A stretch of DNA of 64,000 nt from Lytechinus pictus (GCF_037042905.1 NC_087250.1:15750001-15814000), one strand, 5' to 3'; shown: positions 30,801 through 45,800, counted from the first letter of the stretch. Program-made: numbers and translations. Notes: a model not told the origin generated them from the sequence alone.

Positions 30801-33800
30801 CAGCCCCCCCCCCCCCCCCCCCGGTCTTATTAGGGTTAATTTGCAACACTGTGGGTTTGAATTTCTGAAAATGCACAATTGGGATTTTTCTTTTCATGTT
30901 TTTGGATCGCTGACCCCCCCCCCCTCCAGCTATGTACAACCATATGCATGATAATGAGTCATACATGTATATATATATATATATACATGCACAGTTGAGG
31001 CCAAAAGTTTACATGTACCCATGGAATTTGGTGATTTTGTTTGCTTGCCAAACATCGTAAAATTTACTATATCTTCAGAAATATATATAATACCATGACG
31101 AATTTGGTATCAAATGAAAGAGCATGTTAAGCTCTTTCACATAATTGGCATTCCATTGGGATTATAGTATTATTCTATTCAGGTGGAATTTTCTATAAAT
31201 AAAAAAGTAAAATTAGTGCCAAATGTATTCATTGTTTGTTATTATATTTTCAAACATCGTTTCATAGAAATATAAAAATGGAAAATCTATGATTCATATT
31301 ATTATTATTTGTTTGGCGTCACCTGTGCCTGGGAGGCGAAAAGCGAACTGAATCACTATGACTCTCAGGTCTCTCCTCCCGATATAACTGATTGGGGGGA
31401 ATGCAGGTGGACCACTACACCGGGGTTTCCCCCTACTCTTATACGAATAGTGCAGTGGGTTAACGTGCAAAGGTGATGACTCTCCTCTACACGGGGCCTC
31501 CATTTAACATCCTATCCGAGGGACGGTGTGTTTTCCATTGTAACATTACATTTTCTATCATGATATGTCACCACTGAACAAAAAAGTGTAATAAAAATGT
31601 TTGTGTTGAGAAGTAGCAAGTACAAATATGAAATGTTTTTGTCAAGTTTTTATTTTTAATTTGTCTAAAATATAAAGATTTTGGGGAAAAAAATGACACC
31701 TAAATATTTTTCAGCACCTGATGACAAAGCAATGTGATAAAGGGGCATGACATACTCATTTGATTGATATTAAATTCGTCATGATAGCACAAATATTTTT
31801 ATAAGATTCAGTAAATTTTATGATGTTTGACAAGAGTCAACTTTTTTTTGAATTTCCTGGGTGTATGTAAACTTCTGGCCTCAACTGTATATATTTATGT
31901 GTGTGTATACATATAATTTACCTGAAATCGTAGGTAGAAATGGTGAAATTGAGCTGTTGGCCATTCATATCCGGGGGTACTGAATATTTTTTGGGGAAAA
32001 TAACGAGACAGTATTATAACAGACTGATATTAAATTGAACATTGGCAGAAGAAATGAGTGTCAAAGAAAGAAATAAAGAGATTTCGTGCAACTAGAAATA
32101 CAAATAGTTTTACTGAATTAAAAATCCATATAATTGCTGTTAAGGCTTGGTATAGTCTGAACTCTGAAATATAATTTTCCAACATTAACACAAAGTGAAA
32201 AAAGATAAAATCACTAATGTGAAATGATAAATAATAGGTTAAAAGTATAAAAATTGTGATGTTATCTTCTTTGATATAGAAATAATTGAAATAGTAATAA
32301 TTAAAAAATAATACAAGTAATGAAGATTATCTAAACAATGATAATGTACGATGTAAAACTATTTAAAAAAATCATAATTATTATTGCTAGGAACAGGCAC
32401 AATATTAGAATATTCTAATTCAAAGCAATATTAAACAATACCAATCTTGCACATACCACAATCCATGCAATCCTACAGAATGAAGTACTAATCAATATTA
32501 CAAATACTGATAATGATAGAGATATAAAAGGCATTCCAAAGTTTGAAAATTAAAACTGATCTCCTTTGTATTTACCTGTTACTAGAGGGATACATGGTGC
32601 TTCTATGTCATTGTTCTGTGTGCCATTGCCATGTGCAGAACATTCTAAGATATACAAGCAGTGCAATGAGCTTAGTCGCCCCTAAAGGGCAAAATCAACT
32701 TCAAGGGGAAAAAAAGGGCTGAGACAAAACTTCAAAATAATTACAGCTGTGTGATTTTTTTTAATGAATAACCAAAATGTTAATATAAGAGGTGAAAATG
32801 TAACGTAAAAGAGCAGTGTTGTGAATCACATGTGCTGTAAAAATATATATCAAAACAAAGGAACATCAAGTATTAATTAAAAACAAAATAAGAGAAAACA
32901 CATATTATAATAATAGGCATTTATATAGCGCCATCTATCTAGGAATATTCTATTCCGAGGCGCGATATTATTATTATTGCCCGAGCTTTAGCTCGAGCTG
33001 CCTTTCAGCACTCATGCATGCAAGGAATTAATTCTGCTGGGTACCCATTCACCTCACCTGGGTTGAGTGCAGCGCAATGTGGATAAATTTCCTGCTAAAG
33101 GAAATTATGCCATGGCTGGGATTCGAACCCAGGACCCTCTGTTTCAAAGTCAGAAGACTAATCCCCTGGGCCACAAAACTCCACATTCTCAAGTCCAGTT
33201 TACACTTAGGCCATGGTCTAAGTAACTCTTTGGCCCGAATTCACAAAGGTGGTTTTGAAAACCCACGGTTGAATCCATGGTTTATGCAGATTTCCTGTAT
33301 AAATTACGCTTAATTCAGCGCAACCATAAAACATGTCCAATGCTGATGCGCGCTTTTGTCACAGTGCGCCAAATTGACGCCTGTTACCATGGTTAGATAG
33401 GCTATTTTATTCATGAGTCCACTGTTTGAAGAGTGCATGGACTCATTATTATAACCACGGCAACAGGCGTCAATTTGGCACACTGTGACAAAAGCGCGCA
33501 TCAGCATTGGACATTTTTTATGTACGCGCTAAATTAAGCGTAATTTATACAGGAAATCTGCATAAACCATGGACTCAACCTTGGGTTTTCAAAACCACCT
33601 TTGTGAATCCGGGCCTATGTGACTCTTGCTGGTTAGCATAAATTCCTTATTTTGTTTATTTTTTTGAAAGTTGGTCTTAATATAGGTGCTCTATCTATAT
33701 TTCCTGCTTCCACCTTTATTTTTTACCCCTCCCCTCTTCTGTAAGCCTATATCAAAATAGGAATTCAAAGGTAAAGAATTATTGCTTTGAATATTTATTC

Positions 33801-36800
33801 TTCTTGTGCTCCTATAAATATTCTCTTATCAGGAAATCAGAGTTTGTGTACCCAAGAATTCATGCTCACAAGTCAACATGCAAACAGTATCAAACGCGTA
33901 GTCTCATTGACGGATAACCGTTAGTGGGTTACAGTCAATAATTCCAAAGGCTCGTTATTCTGAAGGCTTGTAATTCCAAAATATGCAACTTGCCTATACC
34001 CCGATGTTTGTTAATCCAAAAACTTAAAAGGATTTGTTAATCTGAACATTTGTGGCACTATTCCGAAGATTTGTAAAGGAAATAAAGTTCGGTATTCCAA
34101 TGGTTCATTAGTCCAGAAACGAAATAAGGTTTGTTACTTCGAAGGTTTGTAAGTCCGAAAACGGAATGAAGTTTGTTATTCCGAAGGTTCGTTAGTCCGA
34201 AAACAAAATAAGATTCATAATTCCAAAGGTTTGTTAGTCCGAAAACGAAATAAGGTTTGTCATTCCGAAGGTTCATTAGTCTGAAAACGGAATTAGGTTC
34301 GTTATTCCGAAGGTTTGTTAATCCAAAATTGAAATATTCTGTGACAAAGCCGGGAAAACCGGAAGGGCAAGCACGGTGAAGGGGGAGGTGGGAAGAAACA
34401 CCATTGTTATGAGGATGGGAAGGCAGGGATGGTGGAATATATTTTTGTGGGGGGGGGGGGCAAAGCAAAAAAATGGGCACTTATAAAATACTAAAATTGG
34501 CATTTCGGTGCAGATATTTTCGCCATGAAGTCTTGTGTTTTGTAGTAGTTAAGTTGAGCAAAGCCTTTTTGAAGTGATTTCTGATTATGATAAGATATGT
34601 TTAGGCTTTTTTCCATGAGAGCGCTTGGCAAATTTTCAAATCTGAAGTTGTAAAACCTGCTTTTTAGTCAATTATGGTGATAATTACTGTTAAAATGGCA
34701 TCCTTGCAAGGTGTGAGTGCAAATCGCAAGTTCGATCATCCTCAACACGAATGTGGTAATACCAAAGGATCATCTGTACCAAGTGTAAACATAACTAATG
34801 CAGAAATAAATGAGAACAAGTTGCACACAAAAAGTAGAAAAGGACGGACATGACCTCATATCTTTTGACCTTTGACCACTAGATGACCTTTGTCTCCATC
34901 ATCCTCATGAACACATATGTAGTATTACCCAAGGATCATACGTACCAAACATAATTGATGCAGAAATAAAGAAATGAGAACAGGTAATTGAACAAAAACT
35001 TTACCTTTGGACTCCTAGATGACCTTTGATCTATCATCCTAAACAACACACACGTAATATTACCCAAGGATTATTTTAACCAAGTGTGATGAAAATTGAT
35101 GCACAAAGATGTGAGAGCAAGTTGAACAAAAACTTTTAAAAAGGATGAACATGACCTCATATCATTTGACCTTTTGACCCCATCATTCTCATGGGCTTTA
35201 CACATGCATGTGGTATTACCCAAGGATCGTATGTACCAGGTATGAACATAACTGATGCAGAAATAAAGAAATGAGAGCAAGTTGAACAAAAACTGTGGAT
35301 ATTTTTGTAACTGACCAACAGACTAGCAGACAGCATATTCAGTCGTATTCGCTGGACATCGGGGGTAACCTGGGGTGAGCGATTTTCTAAACATCGGTTA
35401 TCACCAGCCAAATAATAACACATCACAGAAATAATTGCCATCGTGAGAAGGCCCCATCCATACATCAAAAATTATTTTGGCCTGGGGAGGCAGCGATCAA
35501 TGTCCGGACATCGACTGAACATCTGGTAATAATCCCAGATTCATCCTACAGTACTTGTGCAATAGCCAGACGAAGAACCGGTCATCATACAATTATTGAC
35601 AGAGTGTTCTACAGACATCATACGATGCCTGGGGGATTCCCTCATGGCATCTTCTTGTGTCGTGTAGTGTACAAACACGCTGAATATTGTACATGCTAAA
35701 TGACGCAAGGCCCCCGATGCATCTGTAACCACCGACCATTGTCAGGCCAATGTCAATCACATTTGGTCATACATCAATGTATACCGGTCGACATCCGTCT
35801 GTTAGTGACTTATGTCCAAACAGACATCGGTTGGTAATCGGCTGATGTCTGACTGATATCTGCTCTCAAGGACTTCACCTCCGATGCTAGGAATACTGGT
35901 TGATTCACGACTGGACATCAGGCGATACTAAATCGATATGTCAAGGATGGCTGGGCGATTAGAAAGATTGGTGGAGACATTGGAAAATTTTATCTCACAG
36001 TAACTTTGTCTAATCACCCCATTGTTGCTTCCTGAGAGCCCCGACCATAGTGCCGTGACCACGGGCATCCGGTCGGCAACCAGTCAAAAATTGCCAAAAA
36101 ACACATTGCAAGTACACCGTTGACCTAATATGACTGGAATTTGACAGAGGTATAACAGACCGACAGAAAAAGTGATAACTGGTCTTTGCCGAACTTTGTT
36201 CAGGCGAAACAAAGAGGGGGGTCTAAAATGAAAGCCAAACCCAAAAGTTTGAAAGTCCCAGTCGTGGGCCACTTTTCATCATTTTACGATGTCAAAATCA
36301 GGCCCAAAGAACAGTCTAAAAAATGGTGGGTGGAGTAAGATTTCCCCACGAACGGGTCGTGTGGTCCAGTGGTTAGAGCATTGGACTCATAATCGCAAGG
36401 TTGTGAGTTCGAATCCTCACTCTGCCATTGTCTCCACTTTGATAAAAAGGCCCGAGAGTAATATCTGTCATCTATAAGGTCAGCCACTATGACTGATTAA
36501 CCTAGACGTAAAAATGTTTCCTAGGTAATTGGTTATATACCAGCTTGGCGTTTACCAGCAAAAATGCTGTCCTGCCGAGTTCCTATGGGAGTTACCATAA
36601 ACAGAAATAGAAACAGAACCCCCCCCCACATCCATCCCAACAAAGCAACTGACTTGGCAATATCTTTCACCTACAGGTTAGAAGACTTTGCTTCACGAGC
36701 ACATACATCTAATTCACAGGCAACCATCTCCCAGCGAAAATTTTGTTAAACTATGAAAAAAAAAAAAAAAAAACATATGACAGAGCCTGGCTGTTTACAT

Positions 36801-39800
36801 ACAGCAAGGCCCTGTTGGCACATATTTCACAAGCCACCATTTCTCAGTCAGAATCTACATAAATATACAAATTATTAAAAATATATCAAACTATGGATGG
36901 TCATGGCAATTCACCTACAAATTACAGAGCAAGGTCCAGTAGGCACAACATTCACAGGCCATACACCAGCTAGGTATTTACAAGACATCATATACAAGCT
37001 GGTAGTAAATCTAAGCAAAATATAATCTGACTGGGCGTTGCCATTGCTACTATAGGTTAATGGGCAAAGCCCAATAAATCAACGTAGTGGCCCTATCTTT
37101 CACCTGGACACATACTTTACAGGCCACCTTCTCCCAGCCAGAATATTCTTAAATTGAAAAACATCCCTCGGCAACAATCGCAAAAGGTCATCTGACCGGG
37201 CATGGCCGTTCATCTAGGGATTAAAACTATTGAAAAATATCCTCCCTGTCCCCCAGCCCTGGCAACAATCCAAACAAAATATCTCACTGGGCGTGGCCAT
37301 TCACCTACAGTTCAAGGGACGTTGCCCAGTCGGCACATTATTCACAGGCCACCATCTCCCAGCCAAAATGTTTGTAAGCTAAAAATACATTAAGACTATT
37401 AAAATACACCCTTCCCCTCCCCCACCCCTGGCAACAATCCAAACAAATCATCTGACTGGGCGTGACCGTTCACCAACAGTTCAAGGGACATTGCCCGGTA
37501 GGCACATAATTCACAGGCCACCATCTCCCAGCCAGCCAACATGTATGTAAACTAGTGATTAAATCTATTGAAAAACATCCCTCCTGCTCCCTCCCCCCAC
37601 CCCTGGCTAACAATCTGAAAAAATCATCTGACTGGGCATGGCCGTTCACCTACAGTTCAAGGGACGTTGCCCAGTAGGCACATAATTCACAGGCCACCAT
37701 CTCCCAGCCAACATGTATGTAAACTAGCGATTAAATCTATTGAAAAACATCCCTCCCGCTCCCTCCCCCCCACCCCTGGCTAACAATCTGAACAAATCAT
37801 CTGACTGGGAGTGACCGTTCACCTACAGTTCAAGGGACGTTGCCCGGTAGGCACATTATTCACAGGCCACCATCTCCCAGCCAACATGTATGTAAACTAG
37901 CGATTAAATCTATTGAAAAACATCCCTCCCGCTCCCTCCCCCCACCCCTGGCTAACAATCTGAACAAATCATCTGACTGGGAGTGACCGTTCACCTACAG
38001 TTCAAGGGACGTTGCCCAGTCGGCACATAATTCACAGGCCACCATCTCCCAGCCAAAATGTTTGTAAGCTAAAAATACATTAAGACTATTAAAATACACC
38101 ATTCCCCTCCCCCCACCCCTGGCAACAATCTGAAGAAATCATCTGACTGGGCGTGACCGTTCACCTACAGTTCAAGGGACGTTGCCCGGTAGGCACATAA
38201 TTCACAGGCCACCATCTCCCAGCCAAAATGTATTTAAACTAGCGATTAAAACTATTGAAAAACATCCATCCCCTCCCTGTCCCCCACCCCTAACTGACAA
38301 TAATCTGAACAAATCTGACTGGGCATGGTCGTTCACCTACAGTTCCAGAGACGTTGCCTGGTAGGCATTTAATTCACAGGCCACCATCTTCCAGTCAAAA
38401 TGTATGTAAACTAAAACTGAATTAAAACAACCAAAAAACATCCTTCCCCCTCCCCACCCCACGCCCCCACCCTGGCAACAATCTGAAGAAATCATCTGAC
38501 TGGGCGTGGCCGTTCACCTACAGTTCAAGGGACATTGCCCGGTAGGCACATAATTCATAGGCCACCATCTCCAAGCCTAAATGCATGTCAAGTAAAACTG
38601 TATTAAAACAACCAAAAAACATCCTTCCCCCTCCCCACCCCACGCCCCCACCCAGACAACAATCCAAACTAATCATCTGACTGGGCATGGCCATTCACCG
38701 ACAGTTCAAGGGACGTTGCCCGGTAGGCACATAATTCACAGGCCACCATCTCCCAGCCACAATGTATATAAACTAGCGATTCAAACTATTAGCCAGTTCG
38801 TAGTTCCACTCTGCGCATGATCGGAAGATTCTGCGCATGATCAGACGAAGGTCATTTGTACAAAAGTGACATGGTGGTGTAAAATTTAATGAGATAAGCA
38901 CCACCTTTGATTTTTGATTATTCATGTATTCTTTTGGATTGTGTTGTTCATTTACATCCACAAAAACAACAATGCGTCCACGGATGACTGGTATCTCACA
39001 GTTTGAAAAGTACATTGTATAATATGCTATAATATGCATTCAAAGTAGAAATGCAACAAATACCTTCATAGAGTGTTGAATGGTGTGCTATTCTAGTCAC
39101 CGGGTCTATTAAATTTCGCTCCTGCTATGTAAGGCATTCTTACATAATACCTTGCTTTGAAATCTGCCTATCACGATGAAGGAAATGAAGGGTCATTTGA
39201 CCAAAATTGCTCATGAAGTAACTACGAACTGGTCTATTTAAAAACATCCCTCCCCCTCCCTGTCCCCCTATCCCTAGCAACAATCCAAATAAAACATCTA
39301 ACTGGGAGTGGCCATTCACCAACAGTTCAAGGAACATTGACCGGTAGGCACATAATTCACAGGCCACCATCTCCCAGCCAAAATGTATGTACATGTAAAG
39401 TAGGTATTAAAATCATTGAAAAACATCCCTTGCCCTCCCTGTCCCCCCACTCCTAGCAACAATCCAAATAAAACATCTATAACTGGGAGTGGCCGTTCAC
39501 CTACAGTTCAAGGAACGTTGCCCGGTAGGCACATAATTCACAGGCCACCATCTTCCAGCCAAAATGTATGTAAACTAGGTATTAAAATCATTGGAAAACA
39601 TCTCTCCCCCTCCCAAAAAAGATGTGTCAAACAGAATTTTCTTCCTCTGATTTCTCTTGCAATTTGTGCAAAACCTTTTGCTTTGGGAACAAATTCTATT
39701 TATATCATGAGAAAGCTCGAACTCTCTACTATCTTACAATGTCACTCTTGATATGTGGCAACTTCTAGATGGGTCAGCAGCCAGCTTTTTCCATCAAGAT

Positions 39801-42800
39801 ACAAGACAAAATTTCTGAGTAACATAAAATCCAGAGTTCTGATTGGCTGAATGTCAAAACAGGCGCAGGTAATTTGAAAAGATTACATGGTGAGTGTGAC
39901 CTTGGAGTGGCCAAGTGTGGAAACTGTTGGAATTCGACTGGGTGTGTGGTCTCTATATGACCAATCAGAGCGATGTATTCATTTTTTAAGCTGCTAAATG
40001 TACTTGGCCAATGAAAAGCTGGATGCTGACCCATCTAAAATACCTCTTCTTATAAAGACTATATCATATTGAAGCTTAGATCTTCAGCTTTATCATAATC
40101 TATATCATTTGGGCTAAAACAGAAATCAAGTGTAAATACAACTTTTGTTGGATGAAAATGATTATTTTGCATAATGCTTTAGACCAAAGTTTCACAATAT
40201 TACAAAATCTCTTCAAAAATCCAGACACATGTCCTGAAAGAATGATTTTTCTTCTTTATAAAGCTACCAGAAACATACATTTTAGACAATATTTAGAGCA
40301 ATGGGCAAATAAAAAGAAGTGTTCTCGTCTGCATTAAGCTCATTAAATATGCAAAAAAATTCTGGTATATCACTTGGATAAAACTAAAAGGTAGTTTTTA
40401 AAAACTTGCAGACTGACAATATGGACGTTATTCACAGGCGACCAACACACTGTCCCCAACATCTTTAATCCATTTTCTCAGGCAGCAATTGCTCAGATAA
40501 AATCAAAATTAAGATGCTTGATCCACTCCCCAATTCTTGATGCAATACATGCTTTGGCCAAAACATACACACGTATCATCCTCCGTTGAAACTATTATTG
40601 CATGATATCCTGTTATTTTTTCATTTCTTCGTTTCAGTTACTAAAATAAATCAATTTTGGGGGGAAAGACTAACCTTAATTCATTTTCGGACTAACGAAC
40701 CTTGAGTCAGAGAATAACGAACATTATTTTGTTTTCAGACTAACAAACCTTTGGAATAATGAACCCTATTCCCTTTTGAGATTTACGAACCTTTTGGATT
40801 ACGAACCTTTTGGATTACAAACCTTTGGAATAATGAACGTGCAGAATATTGAAACCTTTGAAATAACGAACGAAAACCCCATCAGTGCACCTCGTTTGAT
40901 CTGACCAATGAGGTGAAGCATTATATACCTCACCAGACTGAGAAATTGAGTGCATTTTTGTTCACACTTATCTTCATGAAAAACCACCTGGGGTTGTTTC
41001 ACAAAAAGTTACACATGTGACCCAAAAGTCATAATTAACCCTTACTTAACTGGGGGGATCTAACCCTAACCACCCCCCTTCTGTGAATTTTGTCACTTCA
41101 TATACGCCGCAGCGTGAAATTTTTTTGACCGCGCTGCATGGTGGCTTAACTGTCAAGTCAAGTCTTGCAAATCTTTGAAAAAACCAAATTTGGTACGCCA
41201 GGGTACATTGTCCTACAATTACGTAATTGTAATTTTGTAAATGTATGTCAGACCGAAAATTGCTCAAAAACGTGACTCCGTGTACAAAATCAATGCAAAT
41301 CATGTTTTTCAACCAAAAATCATAAATGTATGATTATTTTGTGGGGGGGGGGGGGGTTAAATGAATTTATTCTATGCTACATGTATAAATGATTGCAAAA
41401 GGGTCTCTGACAAAGTTCATTTTGAAAAATTAATAAACGAGAAAGGTTAAACAACAAAGAAATACATAAGGATTTTAAAAACAAACAATAAAAATTATGT
41501 TTTGTGGAAATATTTTCATATTTGTTAGAAATGTAATAAGTGGAACGCCTCTTGCAGTCTCGCCTGCATTACGCGATTTAATATAGCAGCAGTGCTAACT
41601 TTGAAAACTACTATAAAATAATCATTCACAAAAACACCATTCATATAATGACATAATACCACGTTCATTGACCATAAATGACATTTGAACGGTGACTTAA
41701 GGCTTGTCAACTACACCCATGTCCACATTTCATTCACTCTATCCATAAACATTCAAAGTTATGATGGCAATTCAACAATTACCCCAACATGGCCTAAGTT
41801 TATTGACCTTAACTGACCTTTAACCTTGGTTTTGTGACCTGGAACTCACAGGGGATGTTCAGTGATACTTGATTACTCTTATATCCCAAGTTTTATGAAC
41901 TAGATCCATAAACTTTCAGAGATAGGATGGTAATTCAAAAAATTCCCCCAACACGGCCAAAAATTCATTGACCTTTAATGACCTTTGACCATGGTCATGT
42001 GACCTGAAACTCGTACGGGATGTCAGTGATACTTGATTAACCTAATGTCCAAGTTTCACGAACTAGATCCATAAATTTTCAAAGTTATGATAGTAATTCA
42101 ACAAATACCCCCAACTTGACCAAAGTTCATTGACCCTAAATGACCTTTGACCTTGGTCAAGTGACCTGAAACTCAAGCAGGATGTTTACTAATACTTGAT
42201 TAACCTTATGCCCAAGTTTCATATGAGCTAGGTCCTTATACTTTCTAAGTTATGATGTCATTTCAAAAACTTAACCTTCGGTTAAGATTTTGAAAATAAT
42301 TCTCCCAACATGGTCTAAGTTCATTGACCCTAAATGACCTTTGACCTTGGTCATGTGACCTGAAACTCAGGCAGGATGTTCAGTAATACTTGATTAACCT
42401 TATGTCTACGTTTCATGAACTAGGTCCACATACTTTCTAAGTTATGACGTCATTTAAAAAACTTAACCTTAGGTTAAGATTTGATGTTGACGCCGCCGTC
42501 GCCGTCGGAAAAGCGGCGCCTATAGTCTCGCTCTGCTGTGCAGGCGAGACAAAAATTGATATTTTCACAAAAAATTAGCATTCCACTAGCTATATAAAGT
42601 GAGTTAAAGGCAAAACCATACACAAAATCTGGCGCTGCTCAGCGGCTGCCGGCCCACGATCAATTGGGCAAAGAAAAATTTTTGTATTCATATTTCATAT
42701 CATATCTATTACGAACAACAAAACAAGGATTTTCATTTACAATGATGTGATAATATTTAAATTATCACCTACATGTACATGGATATTTTTCCATCGACCC

Positions 42801-45800
42801 ATCCATTAGGTGATTTCAAGTTCAGTGTTGACCTTTAAGTGTTGGTGTTAGGTAAATTTTTACAAGCGCAAAGGAAAATGGATAAAACGTAAAATAAACT
42901 TGGTCCAGAAAAATCACTCACTAGGTGTTGAGCTGTCAATATCGTGATCATTTTTGTAAACTCAGAATAGGCTTTGGAGCTAAGGAAAGCAATCAAAATT
43001 GTGCTTCCAACATTAACACTGGACTTGAAATCACCCACTTTCTTTCTTACGGTTTCCAACAGCTGTGACAAGAAGGCCTCTAGAGCTGGAGTTGCCTTCC
43101 CACACAGAGCCCACACTGCAGATGTACTCGATATCGGCAACCACCCCGTCCATTTCCGTGAACGTGTGCGAGTTTGTTCCAATGGCGTTAACGTTTGCTG
43201 TGAGGGTCGGTGCGTTGTCTTCATTTGTGCATTGTATTTCTGCCTCTCTGTGTTACGAATGCATTTGGGGAAAAAGAGAAGTAGTACAGTGGTAATAGGT
43301 GGCAAGGTTTGACCTTATTTAAATAAACAGAGTGCAATTTGAAGGTGTTAACGTTCACCGTGAGAGTCAGTGCCTTGTCGTCATAAGTGCACTGTATAAC
43401 CACCTCTCTGTGCAGTGAAAACGAATGGCAGAGTAGAAGGATGGAGGTTAAATGGTAAGCAGAGAGAAGGATAGAGAGGAAGTTACCCCTAATAGGACTG
43501 GGGCCATCATAGCCCCCCCCCCCCCTTAACACTTCACGTTATACTTCCCAAAGACAAAAAGATGGCGCTTCAAAATTGTATACATTTTTTCTTTAAAATA
43601 TCGCGATGTACAGGTAGAGTGTTGCGACCCAACTTGACCTTTTATGAGACAATATCATGCCGAAATGGCTAATTTTTATACTTTGTGTAGAAGTTCTAAG
43701 GGAGATGAAATTCATAGTAGGGTGATTATATTTTATTGTTCTGCTTTATAGTCAATTTAGGGTTTAATTTAGTTGTTAAAGGGTCTGCCACCCCAATAAA
43801 CACGAGCCAAGTTTGAAGCTGAACCATGAAATGAATTTTGAGTTATCATGAGGTTCTGTGACCTTTGGCCTCATGACCCCTATGACTTTTTGGTTATTGC
43901 AAGAAGTGGCTCCTTTCGGGTATATATTATGACCCGTGTGACCTTTGACCTTGATACGCACAAAAGAAATCAGATCGTTGTCACTCTAGTATGCATAAAC
44001 TAGGACTAAGTTTAAAGTTGATCTGTCAAATCGTTCTCGAGTTATGCGACAGACGGATGGACAGACAGCCCAAACACAAAATGCCCCCGGCAAGCATAAC
44101 ATAGTAGATATCATAAAATTCCACTCCTATCAACATAACAGCAGGTCCCTTCATCGGCAGATGAGACCACCCTCTCAAGCTCACCATACCTGATGTTGTG
44201 GATGCCTAATTCCTTCCATTATTGTACTGTGTACTTTGGCTTAGCCATATCGTCTGACTTGAGACAAATGTCTTAAAGTTTTTGAATATCGTTAGGGAAG
44301 ATTTCTTAGGCAAGCACAATGCTAAGACAAAGTGCTCAAACTTAAGCAAAAAGCTTATCTCGTTTATGGAATACAGGCCCTGGTAATTAAACACAGGTTA
44401 TACCCTCATCTAGAATTTTAAACCACACGTATATGGAATGCTGGGCTTCATAATAATATTTCCAGCTATCAGAAGTCTGCAGCCCCCTGCTGGACTTTGG
44501 TTATTGTAAACTGAATGGCCATGTATTTACGTTCACCCTCCACTTTTTACTGTAAATACCCTCCATCCCCATTTAGCTTCCGGAATGAACTGCAAAAGGG
44601 ATTCCTCAACGTTCAAAGACCACCTACAGCGGGTGGAGGCATAGACATGAACTTACACCGGAGGGGAGGTTGCTCCTGGGTACGCTTCAGACGGCATTTC
44701 CCAGATCACCGTCACGTTGGTTGGCTCTGGTTTAAAAGCGGAAACAGTCCTGGCAGCTGCATTTGGGTGGAAGCAAGGGAGTAAAAAGGATTTGAAATAC
44801 ATTGCTTAAATACTCAATCCGATCGTGTTTGTAATGGCAGAATCATAAGGGTAAGAATTGAATTTCTCTATTGCTTGAGCACTTGGGGCCTGTTCAATAA
44901 ATATTTCCTATTATTAGTTTAATTACTATGGAAACCTTTATTGTGATTGGCTGCTGCCCTATTCTTATGGTAGTTGCCAATGGCATGATGAGCCGAATAT
45001 ATTAAGGAGGTTAGACATGGGGAATGAGGCAACAGTTTCCCCAAAACTGCAAGGGTGATGGCCAGCTAGCTAGCATTGTTCAAAATTTGAATTAGTTCTC
45101 AGTCCTAAGGTCTGAACGTCAGATACCATAATTCCTCAGTCACATTTGTTCTACAGCCACCGTACGGCGAGTTGAAATAAACAGCTGTTTTATTCATTTT
45201 TATTCAAACCATCTATATGTAGCTGGTACAAAGAATGCTAAAACTGATGTTTTCGACTCGCCGTACGGCCGCCGTAGAGCTAATGTGACCGAGGTACAAT
45301 ATTTCAAAGATAATTCCAAAGATGCATGCTGCTATTACTGCTTCAGAAGAGCCAAATTTGACTCTGATATGCTACCACCTGTGATTGAGACAATCAACAC
45401 TTTGACTCTGAAAAAGGTTCTTTTTCAGCTGTTGTACCTTTCTAAGTCTAATTCATTTGAAAACTTAGTCACTGTTACTCGGAATATAAATGACTCCCAG
45501 CTGCATGGCACCATTTGAAGTCAATATGACTATGCAATAATAAGAGTAAAATCGAGTGTTAAATATAGCTTACTGCAAAGAAATGAGTCTGTGTCGACTA
45601 GACCATAATAGTTTGAATGATCTGTTTTATTCCCGTCGAAGACCAGTCCTTTTGCTGCATCAGGTTCTCGGCAGCGAGACCCGCGGAGGAAATCGGCGAT
45701 AGTGACAAGATTGTAGTATGTGTCACACGTACATTGTAAAGAATTATTCAGCATGCCCCTTTAAAGACAAGACATGAAATTAAAATTAATAGAGTGAAGT

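Noticed and set aside
34058..34480. 140-aa ORF with LRR-looking FGLTNLRN repeats
   Set aside because: Translation of the ttccgaagg subrepeat element, which recurs at 40.7 and 60.8 kb; no splice support.
36354..36427. Functional tRNA-Met gene
   Set aside because: Acceptor and anticodon stems pair poorly and it continues into a SINE-like body and tail.
42835..43312. Overlapping 156-, 112- and 76-aa ORFs
   Set aside because: Shadow frames of the FN3 exon 43051-43247.
45574..45758. WSC-domain interpretation of the CTC-containing exon
   Set aside because: Cys spacing and position directly after LRR exons fit LRRCT better.
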